Below are positions 56,501-64,000 of a DNA stretch of 64,000 nt, one piece after another; positions within the stretch are counted from its first letter, which is position 1; the number at the start of each line of letters is the position of its first letter. Source of the DNA: Auanema rhodensis (taxonomy: Eukaryota > Animalia > Nematoda). The DNA is taken from NCBI GenBank assembly GCA_964057225.1, contig OZ059898.1:7192001-7256000 (forward strand), read 5' to 3'. Position numbers and translations under genes: made by a program. The notes under the pieces are model-generated. The model was not told the origin of the DNA, did not search any database, and was given only the letters and a program-made list of their open reading frames with translations.

Positions 56501-57089
56501 TTTAATTATGTTTAGTTTTTCCTTTACATTGTTGTTCATTTCTATCACTTGTAACATATAAATAATCTGTTCGGAAAAGAAACAAAAATTTGTAAACGAT
56601 GTATATTAATTGTACTAAATTCTTTAATTTTAAATAGATATAATGAATATTTCTAAATGATTTTATTTTTAAATGAATATTGAGTATTTTAATAATTGTA
56701 TACAAATGTCCTTGGACATGACCTCTACTCTTTTTACAAACAACCAAGCGTCTTTCACACTGAACTCCACCCCTTTTTTTGCGCTCTATTTTTTTCAAGC
56801 CTTATTTGAGGCTATGTTCCTTTTATATTAAATTTAATTAAAATATTTATAACAGCTTTTGATTTGAAAAATGTTTACAGAATCACTTTACAATATTAAA
56901 AAATTCTTCAATAGCGCTAGATTTTGCCCGTTTATGTTGTAGCATGCCCGCCTATTCACACGTTCAGAGCTTCTGCTGGGCTCTGCAAATGAAATGTTTT
57001 ACACTGATATGTTATTAAATTTGAAATCGAAACGATTCATACTATTGCACTTAGTTGACATTGTGAGGATCTTTCAGATATTGCTTTAA

Positions 57090-58133
57090 ATGTCTGACGT
57101 ACCACAGCAGATACAGCCGTCGTCTCTAGTTGCAGCTCTGAGTACTCCTTCTGTAAGCTTATTTTCTTTAAACTTCCGTGTTTGTGCATGTTCTGCTTAT
57201 TTTTGTGCATTATGATGAATAACCGCTTTGAATATTAATGTCTGTCTCGTTAATCGTTTCTCTATTGAATTGTTATCTTTTACAAATAACCATAACAGGT
57301 GGTGGAGGAATAAGTTGCTCAATTTCTTCTCAAACATGCATCCTCAACGTATGTCTTATTCAGGATGGTATCCGTCAAATGTAATTTTTAAAGTTTTAAT
57401 TAAATACCATATTTTGCACTAATTCTTACAATAATTCACTTTAAACTAACTTGGCATAGGACTAAACTGATTAAAAAGTACTGTTAAGTATTTTTCAACG
57501 GTTTTGCATGCTTGTTTCTCCCATTATATAGTTTCTCATGGTCTTTTGACTTTTTATTTTTGTCTTGTTACGCCTTCTGTGCTGCGGAGTATATTAATTT
57601 TAGATGAATTTTTATTATTTGAAAATTAAAATATATTTTATTTGTGACTCCATGATTGCTCTTAAATGTGCTAACCCAATTTTCTAGTCCATTAGCTAAT
57701 TATCCATTGCAAGTCCGTACAGTCCAGTTCCCTGTCCAAGAATGTTTTAAGCTTGGAGGAGTTAAACATGCCATATCGTACAAAATTACGATCACTTAAC
57801 AAATGGCACATTCCGAATACGGTACATTGAGTGTCGTGATAAGCAATAATGATATAATGAAACAAATATATATTTTCAAACTTCTTCGTTTTTAAGCAAG
57901 CAATGCAACAGTCACATCAACAACATCAACAACAACAACCGCAACATCAGCAGCACCAGCAGCAGCATCAACAACACCAGCAGCACCAGCAGCACCAGCA
58001 GCATCCTCAACTTCAACAGCATCCACAACATTCTCAACATCAGCAACATCCTCAACATCAGCAACATCCACAACATCAACAACATCAACAGCATCAACAA
58101 CATCAGCAACATCAACAACACCCTCAGCTTCAG

Positions 58134-58165
<32 letters not shown>

Positions 58166-58166
58166 A

Positions 58167-58198
<32 letters not shown>

Positions 58199-59230
58199 AC
58201 AACAACAGCAGCCACCTCCACAACAGCCCTCTCAACAAGGTCATGATAACTATCAAATTCAAAACAGTAATGGGCCTCAAGGAGTTGGTGGTCCCATAAG
58301 AGTACAACAACAAAGTAAGGTATCTTCTTTAATTTCTTATTAATTTCGTATAGTTCGGTTAGTACGACCGGCAATGGCTCCTTATCCTCAAAGTGGTATA
58401 CCCAACCAGCAGCAGCATATAAGACCGATAACAATTCATCAACCTCCACAGCAGCCGAGTCAGCAATTTCAACCTCAGTTTTCTGGGCAACAGGTTTGAA
58501 ATTATTCTGCCAATGTAAAACTTCTTATCTTTTTAGGTTGTTGTAAGGAATATTCAAAGTGTTCCGCAAAACAATGGCCCACCACCCCCTCCGCCACAAC
58601 AGAGCCATCCTCCTGCAGCACCTCCTTCAACTTTCGTAAGTCGAATGTTGATTTGATAACATTATTTTAAAGTTGCTACAGTCAGGACAAAATATGCAAA
58701 GCAATAATCTTCACCCTCACCCCCAAGGAACTGTTGTGCATCTTCCTATCACAGGTGGAGCTTTAATAGATAAGGTTTGCTTTTTAGTTGTTCATTTGAA
58801 TCAGTATATAATGTTTATAGGTGAAATTGGATGACCTTGTGCATCAAATTGATCCATCTACTTTACTAGAAGATAATGTTAAAGATGCATTAATAGAATA
58901 TGCTGATGAGTTTGTCAATGAGGTGAAATTCAATATTTATTCATATTATTGATGAGGATTTAGATAATTGATAAAGTTTGTCGCCTTGTTCAACATCGAG
59001 GAAACAAAAGACTCGAAGTACGAGATGTTGAAATGGTTCTTAGCATGGTTTTTAATTTGCCTTCGGTTAGTATTATTTATGTAAATCTGATTTATATTCA
59101 CATTTAGGTTCCGCGAGTCCATGTCTTTGGTGCTCCACCAACTGTACTTCCGAAGTTGGACGGATATCCTGCAACAGATGCTCACAAACAACGATTAGCT
59201 TTAATAAGAAAACATTTAAAGAAGGTCTAA
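57090..59230 (+). CDS. taf-12: TFIID subunit TAF12 with a long Q/H/P-rich N-terminus
   Basis: Histone fold KLDDLVHQIDP..EDNVKDALIEYADEFV..CRLVQHRGNKRLEVRDVEMVL; C-terminal TDAHKQRLALIRK. Confidence 0.94.
57906..58237 (+). repeat. Coding (CAR)n and QQH low-complexity repeat
   Basis: 9-nt periodic QQH/PQH units followed by a pure polyQ run. Confidence 0.9.
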
Positions 59231-59563
59231 ATTAATGTTTTCATGAACATCATCAAACAAATCAAATTATTCCGGGTGAATTCATCTTGTTGTTCCATAT
59301 ATTATATTTTTAAAATATGCTGTTGTATAAATTTCTTGAGTTTTAATGTTGTTCGTTTATGTAATATTATTCTTTAAGTTTTTTTTGATTTTTTATAGGT
59401 AGATATCCTATTTATACCGCTTGTTGTTTTTTATTGGAATTTCTTTATAAATTTGAATTTTAGGAAATCATAGGAGGGAATGATTGAGCCAAGTAAATCA
59501 TCCGGGTAGAAGGTAACGAGTATTGAGCATTATTTATAAGATATTCATCAATTTCAGTGTTCA

Positions 59564-61795
59564 ATGTTGTTCTCGTCAGTTTTGGCGGTTTTCCTTATAA
59601 CATGGTCTTCCCTATTTTTAATTGATTATGTTTTACGCGTGAAAGGTTGCATTCCCTATATAGCTTTCGCAGAAAAATACGGGCTTGAAGTTTCTCCGTT
59701 CCAGGTTCATAGATATTTTTAAGGTTTACTTTATTTAACTAGTGTTTGATTTCAGTTACGGATATATACGTCTTTGATTCGAAATGAGGAAACATTGATG
59801 CCCAAAAAAAATCAAAGCTCTATACAAAAAACGCTAGTTTCTCTTTGGTTTGCTGTAGGAGCCATTGTTTCAGTTGTTTGTATTTTCGCTGTCACCTTAT
59901 ATCTTGCAAGGCTTTTATGCATTGGTTTTCTAATACCTTTATTATTATTTTTATTACCTAGTATTTTAGAAACGTCAAGGTTTGGTGCTTCAAGACCTCA
60001 TGTAGCACCTTATAGAGCAATTCCTATTACAACTACTTCACCTCCTGTGATTACTACAACTACGGATGATTTGCCTGCTCAAGCTGTGGAAGATTATGAC
60101 ATTCTTGATGGCAGTGCTAGGGGTCATAATGGTATTATTAACTCAATACCTTTATTCTTTTTAAATAAATAAATTTTTAGGTTTGGTTCCAATCGTACCT
60201 GGTGTTAATCTTCCTTGGAGTCATATGCCTTTGTTCATGTTTGTGCTCGTAGTTGCTGCTATTTTTCACGAGGTAAAATTCATTATTTTGAAATACTCTT
60301 TAATGTATTTCAGCTCGGACATGCATGGGCAGCTAGAAATAGAGATGTTCAAGTCAATGGATTTGGTATCTTTGTTTTTGCACTGTATCCCGGAGCTTTT
60401 ACTGATATTGAAGGACAATCTCTCAGTATGTTTTAATTTATGATAATCTATACAACGATTGATTTAAGAGCGTGCTTCTATGTTATCTCGCTTGATGATA
60501 TTCGGTGGAGGAATATGGCATAACATCATTTTAGCTTCGGTAGCATATCTTTTTTTCTGTGCAACTCCGTATGTACTATTTCCTTTGTTTGCGGAAGGGA
60601 ATGGTGTCACTGTCACCAGTATGTCACAGACTGTTTGAAAAAGAATTTAAAGTATTCTTGTAGATGTTGATATAAGATCAGGGCTTTACGGGAGTGCCGG
60701 CCTATCTCCGGGCTTTGTAGTAACTCACATTGATAATTGTCATGTACGTGATTTGAAAAGTTGGAGAGAATGTGTTAGGATCTTGGAACATCAACGAAAT
60801 GGCAGATGTGTTTCTTCTGAGAAATTAGAATTAGCTAAAAGCCAACAAGTAAATATTCTATTGTGATGTTATTCGAATTTTGTTTCTAGACTTCAACTAC
60901 TGAAGATGAAATACATTGCTGTGGAAATTTTCAAAATATCACTCATGCTCATATGTGTTTTGAATCCGATGTTTCTATAGTCGTGCATGATCGAAGTACT
61001 GTTAGTCCAACCTTGAAAAGGGTTTTGAAAATGGGACCAAACATAGTATATAAAACTTTTAATACTATTTCTATATTAATAATTTTAGACAATAGAGGAA
61101 GTTGTGCAGGAGAGAGCGGAAGTTACAAGACAGTTTAGTTGCATGTCAGCTCGAATAGTAACAGATTATCAAATGTGCAATTCAACATATCAATGTGAAC
61201 AAGTTAGTTTATTCTGCATACTTGAGATAAACTCGAAATTGTTTAGAATGAGAACAAAGAAAGCCAGTTGTGTGCATATCCTGCTTTATATAATGGAACC
61301 CAACTTTCTAGAATAACTGTTAAAAACAGTCACCGACCTATTTTATACGTTGGAAGTTTAGATGAAGTATGTAAATGTAGTATGCAAAGATTTTTCAATT
61401 GTTTATTAAGCTCATAACATTTGTATCTATTCATCCTCTGATACCCCGCTTCGAAGGGGTTCCACATTGGATAGCAACTACAGTGGAAATTATTCCTAAG
61501 GTTTGCTTCTTATTTTCCAGTTTGTAAATATTCTGTTTCAGTATTTTTTTACTCTATCTGTAGCATTAGCTGCTCTTAATGCTGTTCCTTGTTACGCGTT
61601 AGATGGACAGTTTCTAGTCGTTACCCTAATTAACTGGTTAGCTAAGTCTCTTCCTAAAAGGTAAGTCATAATTTTGATCCAGTTACTCATTTTCTTTTCA
61701 GACGGCGTCAAATGTTGTCTTCCTTGATTTTACTTTTTGGTACATTGCTTCTTGCCGCTAATATTCTTATCGGCTTTCTCAAATTCTTGTTCTAG
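59564..61795 (+). CDS. Site-2 protease (MBTPS2, peptidase M50)
   Basis: VPIVPGVNLP, FHELGHAWAA (HExxH), YPGAF, GIWHNIIL, NAVPCYALDGQF. Confidence 0.95.
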
Positions 61796-62289
61796 CTAGC
61801 TAGCTATAGAATAAGTAGTTGATATTCATTTCTCTCGGGAAGATTAAGATATAATCTTCCTTATGCACCTTAATCATTATCGTTTTTTGTTTGCCTAAAT
61901 ATTGGTCTCTAAGAGCCTCTAAAGATCTTCTTCAATTGGGATTATCGTAGATTTTACCCCTTAGTGCAATCGATTATTCTTTTTTTAGAAATCACATCTG
62001 CACTTATTTTGTATAATCATTCCAAAACCTAGTTAAAAACTTTCGCCATACAAATCAATGGATTGCGAGTCATTTTAATAATTCAATAAGGCCAAATTAA
62101 CTTATTTTTTGTTAATCGAAAATTCCACTTGATAATTTTTTCCCATTCTTTATGCCGTGCTCTTCCACTTAATAAGTTGAACTTATTGTGATTTTTTCTA
62201 GTATAATACTTGTGATCAGTCTTTTGTTTTCACATGTTCTCTTTCGGGTAAATTTTGGTGATGAGGGAAATTGATGTGCAAAATTGTTT

Positions 62290-62400
62290 TCAAACGTGAT
62301 AAATAAATCTTTCAGAATCATTTTTTCCCAGTGTTAGTTTTTCTTCTTCTGCATGAGAGGATCCAAACTGAAATATATAGTTCATTTACTCTCAACACAT

Positions 62401-62487
<87 letters not shown>

Positions 62488-64000
62488 ATACCTGCAACTG
62501 AAATAAAAATTATAGATCCATTTAGGATGTGGACAACTAAAGGTGCTTTAACATAGTGAGCATCTGGTTTCATTCTTGCTGATTCATTTCTTACTGGAAT
62601 GGAAAATCTCTGAAAAAATAAATCAGAAAATATGTGACAATTATAACTACAATTTCATCTGTACAATCCTTTATAGTTTCATTTCCACATAACTCTGAAA
62701 ATACTCCACGTGGTTTATAACGCAATGGGCAACTACATCGTTTGAAACAGGGAGAGTATGTGAGAGGCTTGAATGTAATAAAATATAATATAAACCAAAT
62801 ATGCTGTCTATCACCTTCAAAGATGTAAAACACCCTGGTCCTTTGTCCAACATTTCAGAAAGCCTAATGCTGTAGATAGTTTTGTGTACAGCATGCTTAT
62901 TCAATCGTAGTAACCTAGCTAAATCTAAGCAATAACCACTAAAAAGAAAAATATCTCTTTAGTTTTCTGAATTAGTAACCTTGCTATCAAAAAGCCTTGT
63001 CCTTCTAAAAAAAGATTGTGATAATTCGGTTTAGGGTAGAAATGAGATCCAAGGAAAATATCCTGATAAAGTTTCTCAGTTCTACCTGTTTGCTTTTGAA
63101 TATGGTCCATAACCTTTAGTTGTTGAAAATATTATGCAGAAGTTGTATCACTTAATCATACTTTATACCAAGGTAAACATTTCTTTCCTGATTCCGAAGT
63201 TGTTTTATGGCCAAAGTAAGGAAGTGTATGATGTTCCTCGAAATTATCAAAAAATAATTTTGACGGTTTTGGCCAGCATCTGCGAATGAAACCATAACTC
63301 CAGTCATTAGTTTTGGTAGATATACGTTATCGTAGTGTCTTCGCAAGCTGAGAAACATGAATCCCACAATTGTCTTCCAACTTCGTTTATCATATAAGCT
63401 TGTGCGAAATTTTGATACAAACTATACCTCTTGTGGTTATTTATAAATCTGAGAAAGTGTTAGCAGTAAATACATGACTGATCGTCTTTTACGAAATCAA
63501 ATGGCTGGGAACATATCCTTGTACAGGAGCCCATGGTCCTAAAATTTCTGTTTGCATCCCAGATTGGTAGCACCTAAAGCCCATATAAAAACTTGAACAG
63601 TACTTTTTATCACTTTTTTCTGGTGGAAAATGATAATCCTTTATGCCATCCTCTGATAGATGGAATACCCAAAGGTCCAACTAAAAATTTTGTCTTTCAA
63701 AGTGAATCTGTTTAAATTATTTTCCTACCTTTATGTGATGATGTGAGAGCAGGTATGTTTCCAAGTATAGCGTCAACATCCAACAGATCTGTCAAATCTA
63801 AAAAAATATATTATTTTTTATCATTATGACATATAATAGACAACCAACCAATGACTTTATTATGCTTTTCAATCGTAACAACATCAATTACTTCTCGTGA
63901 GAATGGTAAATATGTCTCAAACGGCAGAAAACGATGATGCAAGCGAAATGGAAAATGACTTTTCCTCAAACATATCTGTTTTATATTGTGATTGCACGGA
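62290..64000 (-). CDS. Uncharacterised single-pass membrane protein with a degenerate kringle-like segment; 5' end lies beyond the window
   Basis: Series of short exons with canonical introns: YFGHKTTSESGKKCLPWY, GPGCFT, YSPCFKRC, then TM LVVHILNGSIIFISVAVWILSC-RRRK and a stop at 62290. Confidence 0.6.
62395..62489. repeat. (CA)n(TA)n microsatellite inside an intron
   Basis: Direct observation; it lies between the last two exons of the minus-strand gene. Confidence 0.92.

Noticed and set aside
57892-58449. Minus-strand poly-Val and poly-Leu ORFs
   Set aside because: They are antisense shadows of the taf-12 polyQ/H tract.
62353-62573. YIYIYI ORFs on both strands
   Set aside because: They are translations of the (TA)n microsatellite.

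Overview
Gene-dense, AT-rich eukaryotic DNA with many short (~40-50 nt) GT-AG introns and TTTCAG/TTTTAG acceptors, consistent with a rhabditid nematode; there are no prokaryotic features. Spliced by eye, it contains in order: an anion-selective Cys-loop channel, a tyrosinase-derived protein without copper ligands, ubq-2, frg-1, let-711/CNOT1, rpn-6.1, riok-3, a ~4650-aa protein built from 132 indel-free 34-aa repeats resembling SAXO/STOP Mn motifs, gly-6, a divergent second Rpn6, an M28-like protein with altered metal ligands, a YOP1/REEP gene, a COMMD gene, two small single-pass membrane proteins, taf-12, site-2 protease, and a truncated kringle-like membrane protein gene. The top observations are: (1) the giant Mn-motif-like repeat protein; (2) one intronic element in gly-6 that can pair over either the exon A donor or the exon B acceptor, a candidate RNA switch for mutually exclusive lectin exons; (3) an apparent GT-AT intron in the channel gene; (4) an intact copper-less tyrosinase. 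Family assignments come from recalled motifs, not database searches.
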